A stretch of 64,000 nt of DNA from an uncultured delta proteobacterium (GCA_963808235.1 CAWEEQ010000004.1:3296001-3360000); one strand, 5' to 3'. Counted from the stretch's first letter, positions 28,832 through 39,392 are shown. Program-made: numbers and translations. The notes: a model not told the origin generated them from the sequence alone.

Positions 28832-30478
28832 GTGAATGAATCCGGCGACTCACTAAAATTGGATCGCGCGATTCACGTCCTGAACCGGCTCGCATTCGGG
28901 CCGCGTCCAGGCGACGTCGAGCATGTCCGCGCGATCGGTCCCGACGCCTACGTCCACGAGCAGTTGTACCCCGACTCGATTCCGATTCCCGACGACTTGA
29001 TCGAAAAAATCCGCGCCTATCGCACCTTGCACATGACGCCGATCGCCTTGTTCACCGAGTACTATCGCCCGCTCATGCAGGCGCGGCGCAGCGCCAAGGC
29101 CGAGGCCGGCGGCGACAAGGTCGCGGTAAAAGACGCGACCAAGGACGCGCGCATCAAGCAGCGCGTTGTCATGCGCGAGGCGGCCGAAGCGCGCATGGTC
29201 CGCGCGATCGAGGGTCCGCGCCAGTTGCAGGAAGTGATGACCGCGTTCTGGTTCAATCACTTCAACATCTTCGCCGGTAAGGGACTCGACATTATCTGGA
29301 CCGGCGCTTTCGAAGAGACCGCGATTCGCCCGCATACGATGGGCAAGTTCCGCGACCTGCTCGGCGCCACGGCGCATCATCCCGCGATGCTCTTCTATCT
29401 CGATAACTGGCAGAACACCGCGCCCGGCAGTCCCGGCTCAAAGGGCAAGTTCGAGGGGATCAACGAAAACTACGCGCGCGAGTTGATGGAGCTGCACACG
29501 CTCGGCGTCAACGGCGGATATTCGCAGGCCGACGTGATCGCGCTCGCGCACGTCCTGACCGGATGGGGAATTCCGAAGCCACGGGACGAACGGATGCAAG
29601 GCGATGGTTCGATTGCTCGATTCGGACGGGTAGGATTCCGCCGGCAGAGTTTCATGCGTCGAAGTCAGCAGCCGGTCGATCCGAGCGGATTCTTTTTCGA
29701 TCCCACTCGCCACGATTTTTCGAGCAAGACTTTTTTGGGCCATCACATCGAAGGTTCCGGAGTCGACGAAGGCGAGCATGCGCTCGATATCCTCGCGCGC
29801 AGCCCCGTCACCGCGAATCATCTGAGTTTCCAACTCGCCCAGTATTTCGTCGCCGACGATCCGCCCAAGCCGCTGGTGAGCCGGATGGCGCAACAATACC
29901 TCGCGACCGACGGCGACATCCGCGCCGTGCTCAAACTGATGTTCACTAGCGCGGAATTCTGGGACAGCCGCACCTACGGCGCGAAGTTCAAGACTCCGTA
30001 CGAGTATGTGGTCTCATGCGTGCGCGCGAGCGGCGTCCCGGTGCGCAACTACCGCCCGCTCTTCGGCACCATGCAAATCCTCGGGATGCCGATCTACGGA
30101 TGCCTGACGCCCAACGGTTATGCCGACACTCAGGACGCCTGGTTGAATCCCGACGCGATGATGACCCGGCTCAGCTTTGCGACCGCGCTCGGTTCGGGAA
30201 ATCTGCCGCTGGAAAATCCACCGTTCGAAGAAGACGCCACCGCCGACGGCGGGCGTGCAGATAAAGAACCTCCAGTCGTGCGCAAGGGCGCAGGGCGGGT
30301 CAATATCAAGTTCGACGCCGGCGCGCACGGACCCAAGATGACGCCGCCCGATCCCGCGCTGCTGGCCTCGACCCTGGGCGATTATTTTTCACCGACCACG
30401 GCCGCCGCTGTGGAGGCGTCGCCGAGCAATCTGCGCGCGCCTCTAATCCTCGGCAGTCCCGAGTTCATGAAGCGGTAG
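28832..30478 (+). CDS. DUF1800 family protein
   Basis: HVLNRLAFGPRPG, FWFNHFN, HPAMLFYLDN, NENYARELMELHTLG. Confidence 0.92.
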   Translation: MNESGDSLKLDRAIHVLNRLAFGPRPGDVEHVRAIGPDAYVHEQLYPDSIPIPDDLIEKIRAYRTLHMTPIALFTEYYRPLMQARRSAKAEAGGDKVAVKDATKDARIKQRVVMREAAEARMVRAIEGPRQLQEVMTAFWFNHFNIFAGKGLDIIWTGAFEETAIRPHTMGKFRDLLGATAHHPAMLFYLDNWQNTAPGSPGSKGKFEGINENYARELMELHTLGVNGGYSQADVIALAHVLTGWGIPKPRDERMQGDGSIARFGRVGFRRQSFMRRSQQPVDPSGFFFDPTRHDFSSKTFLGHHIEGSGVDEGEHALDILARSPVTANHLSFQLAQYFVADDPPKPLVSRMAQQYLATDGDIRAVLKLMFTSAEFWDSRTYGAKFKTPYEYVVSCVRASGVPVRNYRPLFGTMQILGMPIYGCLTPNGYADTQDAWLNPDAMMTRLSFATALGSGNLPLENPPFEEDATADGGRADKEPPVVRKGAGRVNIKFDAGAHGPKMTPPDPALLASTLGDYFSPTTAAAVEASPSNLRAPLILGSPEFMKR

Positions 30479-30492
30479 CTGGAGCTTTGCCG

Positions 30493-31806
30493 ATGGAACC
30501 AATTGACGAAAAAGATTTTGACGGAACCGGCGGATGCGCGAACTGTACTCCGCGCCTTGCGACACCTATCAGCCGGCGCGCATTCATCCGCCGCGCCGCG
30601 CTGCTTTCCGCCTCAGGAATCGTGCTGCTGAGTCCGCATGCGTGGGCCGCACGCTCGGTAGATACTTCAAGCAAGCGCCGTCTCATCGTGGTGTTCCTGC
30701 GCGGCGCGGTCGACGGACTCAACGTAGTGGTGCCACACGGCGAGTCAACGTACTACGACGCACGTCCCACGATTGCGATTGGACGCATGGGCGCGAGCGA
30801 TGGAGTGATCGATCTCGACGGCCATTTCGGGTTGCATCCGGCGCTCGCGCCGCTCGAGGCGAATTGGCGTGACGGCACGCTCGCGTTCGTACAGGCGTGC
30901 GGCTCGCCCGATCCGACTCGCTCGCATTTCGACGCGCAGGATTTCATGGAGAGCGGAACGCCCGGCGTGAAATCGACGCGCGACGGATGGCTCAATCGCA
31001 CCATCGCGCAGATTCCCGGAACTCATTCTTCGACCGAAGCGCTCAGCCTCGGGCCGACGGTGCCGCGAATTCTGAGCGGCGCGCAGCCGGTCGCGAACAT
31101 CGCGCTCGGACGAGCCGCCGCGCGCCCGATGCCGATGGATCGGCCGATCATCGAAGCCGCGTTCGATCGTTTGTACACCGGCAACGATTCGATCAGCCGC
31201 GCCTATCGCGACGGCCGCGAATCGCGCAAACGCCTGATAAGCGAGCTGACGCAAGACATGGTGCAGGCCGACGCGGGAGCGCCGTCGCCGCAGGGATTCT
31301 CCGACGACACCGACCGCCTCGCGCGGCTAATCGGCCGCGATCCAACTATCCGCGTCGCGTTCATGGCGCTAGGCGGATGGGACACGCATATCAACGAGGG
31401 CGCGGCCACCGGCCAACTAGCAGGGCATCTAAAGCCGCTAGGCGAAGGCCTCGCGAGCCTCGCCAAGTCACTCGGCCCCAGCTACCAGGACACGGTAATC
31501 CTCGTAATCTCGGAATTCGGCCGCACGATGCACGAGAACGGCAACGGGGGCACCGATCACGGCCACGGCAACGTGATGTGGGTGATGGGCGGGCCGGTGA
31601 AGGGCCGCAAGGTGTACGGCAACTGGCCGGGCTTGTCGACCGCAAACCTGTACCAGGAACGCGACCTCGCAATAACAACCGACTTCCGCGAGCCAATCGC
31701 CACGGTTCTACGCTCGCACATGCAGTTCTCCGACGCGCAAATCGCGCGAGTCTTCCCCGCCTGCCCGCACGCGACCGGCCACGTCGATGGATTGATCAAA
31801 GTCTGA
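30493..31806 (+). CDS. DUF1501 family protein (Tat signal)
   Basis: SRRAFI Tat motif, FLRGAVDGLN, RSHFDAQD, GGWDTH, SEFGRT, GTDHG. Confidence 0.92.
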   Translation: MEPIDEKDFDGTGGCANCTPRLATPISRRAFIRRAALLSASGIVLLSPHAWAARSVDTSSKRRLIVVFLRGAVDGLNVVVPHGESTYYDARPTIAIGRMGASDGVIDLDGHFGLHPALAPLEANWRDGTLAFVQACGSPDPTRSHFDAQDFMESGTPGVKSTRDGWLNRTIAQIPGTHSSTEALSLGPTVPRILSGAQPVANIALGRAAARPMPMDRPIIEAAFDRLYTGNDSISRAYRDGRESRKRLISELTQDMVQADAGAPSPQGFSDDTDRLARLIGRDPTIRVAFMALGGWDTHINEGAATGQLAGHLKPLGEGLASLAKSLGPSYQDTVILVISEFGRTMHENGNGGTDHGHGNVMWVMGGPVKGRKVYGNWPGLSTANLYQERDLAITTDFREPIATVLRSHMQFSDAQIARVFPACPHATGHVDGLIKV

Positions 31807-31825
31807 CCGCACCAATCATTCAGAC

Positions 31826-31853
31826 CCGCCGGATCGGTAGGTCGATCCGGCGG
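31826..31853. terminator. Hairpin between convergent genes
   Basis: CCGCCGGATCG-GTAGGT-CGATCCGGCGG. Confidence 0.55.
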
Positions 31854-31864
31854 TATACTCTCAG

Positions 31865-33172
31865 CTAGCGTATCGCACTGGCCAAATGATCTGGTGTCGC
31901 CTTTCGGGCCTGCTGTTCGAGCGCGTTGACACGCTCAGATAGAGCATCGATTTGGTCATCTTTTTTCCGGAGGGTATCGAGCTGCTTTTGCAGCGCCGCG
32001 ATCTGAGCGTCCTTTTGTGCGAGCTGACGGGACTGCTTCTGAACTTCGTTGAGCAGCATCGCCGGCAACACCTGGTAGGCGACCGTCTCGGCCTTGCCGT
32101 CGGCATCATCGATCACGAGTTCGGGGTAAACCTTTTCGACTTCCTCGGCGATCAATCCATACTGCTGAATCCCGGTTGAGTCGGCTTTGTAGGTGAAGGT
32201 CACCGGTCGCAGCTTCATCAGCTTGTCGCTGGCGTCACCCATATCGCGGATGTCGCGTTTGTAGCGCGCCGACGACTTTACGCAGCCGAGCCGGCCGGTG
32301 CTTTCGACCACGACTTCACAGGCTTTGCTTATCTTGGGCGTGCCGAAGATGCCGGCGATGAAGGTGTCGGTCTGAGTGCCCTGGGTGCCGATCCGGATAG
32401 CGTTGGACTCGGCCGCGACGCCCACGTTGCCGATATCGATATTGTTATCTCCGGTAGTGAGATTGCCGCCTGCGCCAAAACCAATGCCGATGTTGGAGCT
32501 GCCCGTGGTGTTGGCTTCGAGGGCATTGAATCCGGAGGCGGTATTGCCGCCGCCCGTGTTGCTCGAAAAGAGGGCGCCAGCTCCCGAGGCGACATTGAAG
32601 TCGCCCGTGGTGTTGCCCTTGAGGGCATTCAATCCCAAGGCGGAATTGGAGGTGCCCGAGGTGTTCGAAAAGAGGGCATTCTCTCCGGAGGCGGTATTGT
32701 TGCCGCCCGTGGTGTTCAAAAAGAGGGCATAGATCCCGGCGGCGGTATTGTCGCCGCCTGCGGTGTTCGAAAAGAGGGCCTGCGCTCCGGAGGCGGTATT
32801 GTTGCCGCCCGTGGTGTTCGAAAAGAGGGCTTCAAATCCGGTGGCGGTATTGAGGTTCCCCGCGTTCGCGGTGAGGACACCCACTCCGGTGGCGGTATTG
32901 TCGGAGCCCGTGGTGTTCGCAGTGAGGGCCGCGTCTCCGATGGCGACATTACTGGCACCCGTGGTGTTGAACTCAAGGGCCTCAAATCCGACGGCGGTAT
33001 TAACCCTAGTGCCACTGGTGTTGTTGATTAGTGGCGCGCAGGTACCGCCAATGGTCGCGTTCACTCCGACGCACGTGTCGCTTCCCGCTTGCGCTAAAGC
33101 GACGGTCGCGCTTGCGATCACGATTAACGCAGCCGCCCCCAGATTAAGACTAAAACTCGTCACCGTTTTCAT
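31865..33172 (-). CDS. Secreted repeat protein with C-terminal peptidase S74 (intramolecular chaperone) domain and coiled coil
   Basis: Signal peptide, about 11 copies of a 14-aa NTTGxxNTAxGxxAL unit, SSARYKRDI, LRPVTF, YGLIAEEV. Confidence 0.85.
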   Translation of the reverse strand: MKTVTSFSLNLGAAALIVIASATVALAQAGSDTCVGVNATIGGTCAPLINNTSGTRVNTAVGFEALEFNTTGASNVAIGDAALTANTTGSDNTATGVGVLTANAGNLNTATGFEALFSNTTGGNNTASGAQALFSNTAGGDNTAAGIYALFLNTTGGNNTASGENALFSNTSGTSNSALGLNALKGNTTGDFNVASGAGALFSSNTGGGNTASGFNALEANTTGSSNIGIGFGAGGNLTTGDNNIDIGNVGVAAESNAIRIGTQGTQTDTFIAGIFGTPKISKACEVVVESTGRLGCVKSSARYKRDIRDMGDASDKLMKLRPVTFTYKADSTGIQQYGLIAEEVEKVYPELVIDDADGKAETVAYQVLPAMLLNEVQKQSRQLAQKDAQIAALQKQLDTLRKKDDQIDALSERVNALEQQARKATPDHLASAIR

Positions 33173-33498
33173 CGATTTCTCCTCCGTGTATGTAATCCGG
33201 GGATTTTCCGTTTTGAACCCTCAGCCGCTACCAATAGGGACAGTCCACCCGTAGGGCAAGGTGCCGGTCGGTGGTCCCGACTCAGCGGTTGCCTTTCCTT
33301 TTCCGCTAGTCGCCGATCGCAAATCTCAAGACCGCTTCCGCTCGCGCTCGATGACGATCTCCCAGTGCAGCGGGCACAGCTCGATCTGTCGAACGTGGCA
33401 ACCGGTCGCGCTTGTCGATCGGCACTTAAGGCAGCGCTATGTAGGTGAAAAACGCTTTGTAGAGAAAATGCCGCGAATGGTCCCGCACAATATCTTTC

Positions 33499-33540
33499 GC
33501 CTTAACTAGCGCAGCGTGGTGCCTTAACTAGCGCAACGTG
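33499..33540. repeat. Direct repeat, two 20-bp copies with a 22-bp period
   Basis: GCCTTAACTAGCGCAGCGTG-GT-GCCTTAACTAGCGCAACGTG. Confidence 0.85.
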
Positions 33541-33610
33541 AAGAGCTTGAAGATCTCGCCATTGATGACGATGGATCGAGTGGTGCAGATGCGATCGAGC
33601 ATTGCGACCG

Positions 33611-34228
33611 TCAGCACTTCGCGACGACTCCAGGTTTGCCGCGTAAGCCCTCGAACAGTCTTGCGACTACTCCGCTGACTTCGCGGCGGGCTGCGACTTC
33701 GTCGTCGGCGTGCGCGATCAGCATCGCGGCTTCGTTCAGCGCGCCCATGATTATGTGCGCGAGCGGGTCAACGGGTTGCGATTCGACCAGGCCCTGCTCG
33801 ATCGCCACCTGAATCGCCGCTTTGGTGCTCGCCAGATAGTAACTCTGATCGCTTTCTCGCCATTGCTCGAGTCCCAGCACCGACGGAGCATCGATCAGCA
33901 CAATCTGCTGGACGGCGTGATCGAGGCACGCATCGAGGAACGCGTTGGCGGCCGCCACCATCGCACTCCACGGGTCGGGCTGCGACGCGCCCGCCTCGGC
34001 GGCCTTTGCCGCAAGCTTTTTCTGCTCCTCGTCGAGCACCGCCATGAAGAGATCCCGCTTGTCGCGAAAGTGATGGTACAGAGCGCCGCGGGTAACGCGC
34101 GCCTGGCGCACGACCTCCTCGGTTGAGGTTGCGGCGTATCCCTTGGCTGCGAACATGCGCCGCGCGACGCGCATCAGCGCGGCGCGAGTGGCGGCGGAGT
34201 GTTCGGCCTGGCGGCTCTTGACTGGCAT
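33611..34228 (-). CDS. TetR/AcrR family transcriptional regulator
   Basis: FAAKGYAATSTEEVVRQARVTRGALYHHFRDK. Confidence 0.93.
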   Translation of the reverse strand: MPVKSRQAEHSAATRAALMRVARRMFAAKGYAATSTEEVVRQARVTRGALYHHFRDKRDLFMAVLDEEQKKLAAKAAEAGASQPDPWSAMVAAANAFLDACLDHAVQQIVLIDAPSVLGLEQWRESDQSYYLASTKAAIQVAIEQGLVESQPVDPLAHIIMGALNEAAMLIAHADDEVAARREVSGVVARLFEGLRGKPGVVAKC

Positions 34229-34241
34229 ACGGTTAGTTTGT

Positions 34242-34260
34242 TACATACACGCTGTATGTA
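34242..34260. promoter_or_regulatory. Probable TetR operator
   Basis: TACATACA-CGC-TGTATGTA perfect inverted repeat between the divergent tetR and hydrolase genes. Confidence 0.75.
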
Positions 34261-34337
34261 TGCCGATGGAAGCATCGCAACCGTCGGTGGAGACCGAGCT
34301 TAGCCAACATTTCCTGAATTCCGCAAGGAGAAACACC

Positions 34338-35201
34338 ATGAATCCCAGTGAGTTCCACGCTGCCCGCAAATTCGCCGCCACCCCATCCGGAAAGATCGCG
34401 TACTTCGAGCGCGGGAGTGGGCCCGTCGCGCTCCTGCTCCACGCCTTTCCACTTTGCGGCTTCCAGTGGCGCGACGTGATTGAAGATCTCGCGCCGATCC
34501 GCAGATGCATCGCGCCCGACCTGATGGGCCTCGGCTACAGCGAGCCCGCCGCCGGCGCCGACGTCTCGTTCACCGCGCAGGCTGGGATGCTCGCGCGACT
34601 GCTTGACTCTCTCGATATCGACAAGGTCGATTTAGCCGGCAACGACACCGGCGGCGGGATCAGCCAGGTCTTCGCCGCAAGCTATCCCGATCGTGTACGC
34701 ACCCTGACGCTCACCAACTGCGAGGTCAACGACTTGTGGCCGACCCCGATGCTCGAACCGATCTTCGCGGCGCTCGCCGGAGGAATGGCCGGACAGATGA
34801 TGACCTCGATGGCATCGAACGTCGCCGTCGCGCGCGAGCAGTTCGCGCCGGTTTACGAACGGGTGGATTGGCTGACGGCCGAGATCGCGCAAGCCTACTT
34901 CGAACCTCTCGCGGCAACCGACGCGCGCGCAGAAATGTTGCGTGGCTTTGGCGCGGCGCTCAAAAACCGCGATCAAATGGTTGCTCTCGCGCCCAAGTTG
35001 CGCGAATCGAAAATCCCGGCGCAAGTGATATGGGGCGAAGGCGATACAGCGTTCGACACGAGCGGCTCGCTGAAATGGTTGCGCAAAAATCTGGGCAGCG
35101 TGCGCCGTATCGTCACCGTGCCGCGCGCGAAGCTGCTCTTCCCGGAAGAGCATCCACGCCTGGTCAGCACGATGCTTCGCGAGTTCTGGGAGACTAACTG
35201 A
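34338..35201 (+). CDS. Alpha/beta hydrolase (epoxide hydrolase/haloalkane dehalogenase-like, Asp nucleophile)
   Basis: LLHAFP, APDLMGLG, GNDTGG, WGEGD; RBS AAGGAG before ATG 34338. Confidence 0.85.
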   Translation: MNPSEFHAARKFAATPSGKIAYFERGSGPVALLLHAFPLCGFQWRDVIEDLAPIRRCIAPDLMGLGYSEPAAGADVSFTAQAGMLARLLDSLDIDKVDLAGNDTGGGISQVFAASYPDRVRTLTLTNCEVNDLWPTPMLEPIFAALAGGMAGQMMTSMASNVAVAREQFAPVYERVDWLTAEIAQAYFEPLAATDARAEMLRGFGAALKNRDQMVALAPKLRESKIPAQVIWGEGDTAFDTSGSLKWLRKNLGSVRRIVTVPRAKLLFPEEHPRLVSTMLREFWETN

Positions 35202-35425
35202 CTTCGAAGGCAGCTGCCTCCGCCCCTGACCCAGTTCTAAGAGCGAAGCCCGCATCTTTTCATGGCACTTGGTGCAGGGGTCACCCCTGCCCAAGGAAGC
35301 CGTGAAAAATGAAACCCACGGCGGGTTTCACGTTAGATTAAGTGACTCCCCTACCGCGCGCGATCACGACTTAGCGCCTTTCAACAGTTTGCGCTTCCAC
35401 GCTCGGGTCGCGAATAATCGCCGCC

Positions 35426-37055
35426 ATGGAATATGACTTGATCGTTCGAAACGGCGTCGTCGTTGACGGTTCCGGCGCGGCAGCGCTTTCGCGCCGACGT
35501 CGGAATTAAGGATCGGAAAATTGCGGCGCTGATTTCGCCCGCTGACGCCGCGAGCGCTTCCGCAATGCGCGAGATCGACGCGAGCGGTCTCGCAGTCGCG
35601 CCCGGCTTTATCGATTTGCATTCGCATTCCGACTGGGTCGCGCCGATTTCCGACCACGGCGAAATTCTGAAACCATTTCTGCGCCAGGGAGTGACGACCT
35701 TCGTCGGCGGCAACTGTGGCTTTTCAGTCGCGCCGGTGCGACGCGAGCGTCAGCGGATGCTCGACGAATCGGGGCGTCTATGCGCCGAGCGCAATTTCGA
35801 CTGGGGATGGGACGACGTTGCGGGCTTTGGCACGTTTCTGCGCCGCCAGGGCCTCGCACTCAACGTCGCTCATCTGGCGGGGCACGGCAGTATCAGGCTC
35901 AGTGTGATGGGCGCCGATGCGGGCGAACCGTCGCCCGAACAACTCCGCGAGATGCAGGCGATGGTTGAGCGGGCGATGACTGACGGCGCGGTCGGACTCT
36001 CGACCGGTCTCGGTTATTTTCCCGGGATGATCGCGAAGCCCGCGGAGCTGGCGGCGCTGGCGCGAGTGGCTGCGGCCGCGGGCGGCGTGCTGACCTCTCA
36101 TCTGCGCGCATACTCGGTGCGCTCGTTGTTTTTCGACAGCCAGATTCCGCACAACATTCTCGCGATTCGGGAGATGGCCAACGTCGCGCGCGAGGCCGGC
36201 GTGCCGCTGCAAGTCTCGCATCTGATCTTCGTCGGGCGGCGCACCTGGACGACTGTCGACGACACGCTGGCCGAAGTCGAGCGCCATCGCAACGACGGCG
36301 TCGATATCGCGTTCGACACGTTTCCATACACATGCGGCAACACGACGATCCGCGTTATCTTTCCCGCGTGGGCGCAGACCGGACTCGAAGGTTTGCTCGA
36401 CTCGTCGGACGGATGGGCGAAATTGCACGACGGATTTCGTCCGCTCGGTCCCTTTATCGCCGAATCGATCCAACTGATGTGGGCGGTCAAGCCCGAGCTC
36501 AGTCATCTCGAGGGCAAATTCTTCGGCCAGATCGCCGACGAGCTGAAGCTCGATCCGATCGATGCTTACCTGACGGTCGCGCGCGAAAGCGGGACGCGCG
36601 CCCGGGTGTTGATTCATCTCTACAGCGGCGACGACTTCGGCGACGAAGATGCGCTCCAGGCCGCGATGAAGCATCCGCTCAACTTGTTTGAGATGGACAC
36701 GATTCTGACTTCGCACGGGCATCATAACCCGGCGAGCTTCGGCACCTATCCGCGAATCCTCGGCCACTACGTGCGCGACTTGAAACTGCTGACGCTCGAA
36801 GATGCGGTCCACAAGGCAACCGGGATGGCTGCGCAGCGCATGCGCCTGGGCGGTCGCGGCCTTATCCGCGCCGGCTACGCGGCCGACCTGGTAATCTTCA
36901 ATCCCGAGACAATCGGATGCGCCGCCGACGCATTGACGCCGACGCTCGATCCAGTAGGAATCGAGCACGTAATGGTAAATGGAACCGCGGTGGTAACAAA
37001 CCGCAAATGGTGCGGCGACGGCGTAATGGCAGGCGAGTGGATTGCCCGCAGCTAG
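35426..37055 (+). CDS. N-acyl-D-amino-acid deacylase-like amidohydrolase (apparent 1-nt frameshift near 35480)
   Basis: MEYDLIVRNGVVVDGSG in one frame continues as RFRADVGIKD...PGFIDLHSHSD, GNCG, STGLGY, FGTYPR in another. Confidence 0.85.
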
Positions 37056-37137
37056 CCAATTCTCGCGCCCGAGTTTGCTGATGCGTGAACGTCCAGCGCA
37101 TAGTAAATTCGACCGCCGAGCGTCTGATCATGACATC

Positions 37138-38490
37138 GTGACCGGAAACCGCCTTCGCGGGCTGGCTCTCGCCGCCTTCGGATGTCTGGCGATCCTGTCC
37201 GGTCACGCCGATGCGCAGCGACTGCACCGCAAAGCACTCGTCGTTAGCCGGAAACCCGTCAAGGCCGGCGACAGCGTCGATACCAGCACGCTTACCGGGA
37301 AGCTGATCATGGGCTACCAGGGCTGGTTCAACTGCCCGGGCGACGGCACCTCGGTCGGCTGGTGGCACTGGTTTACGGGACCTGACCCTACAGTGGATAT
37401 GCTACCCAATGCCGCCGACTATCCGGCGGCGGAGCGGTGCGTCACCACCATGCTCGATGCCAATGGGCAGCCGGTCGATCTGTTCAGCGATGCAAACCCG
37501 GCAACGGTGGAGACGCAATTCGCCTGGATGCAGCAATACGGGCTGGACGGCGTCGCCCTGCAGCGCTTCGCTGTAGACCTGTTGGACGCACCCACGCGCG
37601 AGGCTCGCAACATCGTCTTGGCCAATGTCCGTCAGGCGGCGGAGGACAATGGCCGGGTGTTCTTCGTCATGTACGACCTCACCGGCATGACGTCCTCCAA
37701 CCTGCATTCCGTGGCGCAGGACTGGAAAAAGCTCGAACTCGAGGGAATTACGAGCAGCCCGGCATATTTGCACCATCGCGGCCACCCGCTGCTCGCGCTG
37801 TGGGGCCTCGGCTTCGCGGGCCGGCCGCTGACACCAGGCAGTGCAGAGAACTTGCTCAATGCGCTCGACAAGGTGAGCAAGCCGCACGGGGGTTTGACCG
37901 TGATGGGCGGGGTGCCGTCCTATTGGCGGATAGGGCGGTTCGATGCCTCGCCGGACCCCAAGTGGCAAAAGGTCTGGCGCCGGCTCGGAGTGCTGAGTCC
38001 CTGGTCGGTCGGGCGTTTCTCCGACGATGCCTCTGCGGATAACTATAGCGCCACCGTCTGGGCGCCTGATCTGGTTGCCACGCATGCGCTCGGCGTGGAC
38101 TACATGCCGGTGGTGTTTCCCGGCTACTCGTTCGCCAATACCGAGCGAGCCCAAGGCTCGCCGTTTCCGATCAGCAATCAAATTCCGCGCCAATGCGGCA
38201 ACTTCTACTGGCGGCAGGTGTACGACGCACTGGGGTTGGGAGTGACGATGCTCTACGGCGCGATGTTCGACGAAGTCAACGAGGGCACCGCCATGTTCAA
38301 GATGTTGCCCAATGCCGCAGAGGTGCCGGTGATGGGTATCCCGCCCGGGTACTCGTTCGTCACACTGGATGCCGACGGCTGCTCACTGCCGAGCGACTTT
38401 TATCTGAGCCTCGCCGGTGCGGCCGCGGCGGCGCTGCGCGCCGGCACTCCTCCCTCCCCGAGCTCGCCGCTGACTCTGCCGTCTAATTGA
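37138..38490 (+). CDS. Exported glycoside hydrolase, GH71/GH99-like
   Basis: Signal peptide; GYQGWF, WMQQYGLDG, MYDLTG, PVVFPG, AMFDEVNEGT. Confidence 0.72.
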   Translation: MTGNRLRGLALAAFGCLAILSGHADAQRLHRKALVVSRKPVKAGDSVDTSTLTGKLIMGYQGWFNCPGDGTSVGWWHWFTGPDPTVDMLPNAADYPAAERCVTTMLDANGQPVDLFSDANPATVETQFAWMQQYGLDGVALQRFAVDLLDAPTREARNIVLANVRQAAEDNGRVFFVMYDLTGMTSSNLHSVAQDWKKLELEGITSSPAYLHHRGHPLLALWGLGFAGRPLTPGSAENLLNALDKVSKPHGGLTVMGGVPSYWRIGRFDASPDPKWQKVWRRLGVLSPWSVGRFSDDASADNYSATVWAPDLVATHALGVDYMPVVFPGYSFANTERAQGSPFPISNQIPRQCGNFYWRQVYDALGLGVTMLYGAMFDEVNEGTAMFKMLPNAAEVPVMGIPPGYSFVTLDADGCSLPSDFYLSLAGAAAAALRAGTPPSPSSPLTLPSN

Positions 38491-38548
38491 TCGCGTATAT
38501 GCCCCGCTAGTTTGGCGCCCTCGTCCCACTCCGCGGCGAAAAATCAGA

Positions 38549-38578
38549 ACGGCCGCGCGGAGATTTCCGCGCGGCCGT
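38549..38578. terminator. Hairpin between convergent genes
   Basis: ACGGCCGCGCGGA-GATT-TCCGCGCGGCCGT. Confidence 0.7.
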
Positions 38579-38600
38579 CTGAAGTCGGATCGATGGGCTG

Positions 38601-39392
38601 CTAGCGTTCCGAGTCCTGGATCTCTTTGTCCATTTGGCGAAGGTGGCTGAGCTTCTGATCGGTCGGCTGGAGTTGTTCCTTGCTCGAATCGGCGGCGACC
38701 TTTTTCACCCGCTCGGTCGGCATCTCACCGTCGATTTTCTGCAGCGCCTCCTTGGCAAGCCGCTGCACCATCGGGCTCTGATCTTCCGCGATAACCTTGT
38801 TCAATAGCGGCACGGCGCTATCGCTTCCGATCTCGCCGAGCGCGAAGACCGCGGTCCCGCGTCCGCGCTCATCCTGATCTTCGCCCAGGTATTGCATCAC
38901 GGACAGCGCGCCTTGAGCGTCACCGATTCTGCCGACGGCGGCGACCAGGTGCAGCTTGACGATCGGTTCGGTCGAGCGGAGGAACAACATCCGCGACATC
39001 GTCGGCACCGCAACGTTGGCCTCGCGCGCGCCCAGGATATCGATCGCTTTTATCTTGACCCGCACGTCGGGGTCGGACATCGAGGTTATCAGGATCGGGT
39101 TTACTTCAGGATCCTGCAGGTTGCGCAGTTTGATCAGCTCGGAGACGCGCACGCTGGGGTCCGCATCTTTAAGCCCGAGTTTCACGTCTTTGATAATCTT
39201 GAAAGGCGTCTCCTGCATTGCGCGCGAGGTCAGGTCGTCGACCCCGGGCTTCACGCTGCCCTGATGCGACAAAGCATCGCCGTTGAGCGCGCTGCCGAGT
39301 CCCTGGCCGCCGTATTGAGCAGCCGCCAGATGTGGCACAGCAAGGGCGACGCCGAACGCGAAGGTCGCGAACAAAATTCGGTTCTTGATCAT
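38601..39392 (-). CDS. Exported HEAT-repeat protein
   Basis: Signal peptide MIKNRILFATFAFGVALAVPHLAAA; repeated D-x-D-x-x-VR...ALGEIG units. Confidence 0.78.
   Translation of the reverse strand: MIKNRILFATFAFGVALAVPHLAAAQYGGQGLGSALNGDALSHQGSVKPGVDDLTSRAMQETPFKIIKDVKLGLKDADPSVRVSELIKLRNLQDPEVNPILITSMSDPDVRVKIKAIDILGAREANVAVPTMSRMLFLRSTEPIVKLHLVAAVGRIGDAQGALSVMQYLGEDQDERGRGTAVFALGEIGSDSAVPLLNKVIAEDQSPMVQRLAKEALQKIDGEMPTERVKKVAADSSKEQLQPTDQKLSHLRQMDKEIQDSER

Noticed and set aside
32500-33010. 42-bp periodic repeats resembling a CRISPR array
   Set aside because: They are in-frame coding repeats of the S74 protein, with no unique spacers and no cas genes.
33214-33234. LNPQPLP peptide motif in a + strand ORF (32748-33254)
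   Set aside because: The ORF is mostly the antisense shadow of the S74 gene and has no RBS or other coding support.
33180-33330. Possible c-di-GMP or c-di-AMP riboswitch in the S74 gene leader
   Set aside because: Hairpins exist, but I could not match the conserved core nucleotides of either family.
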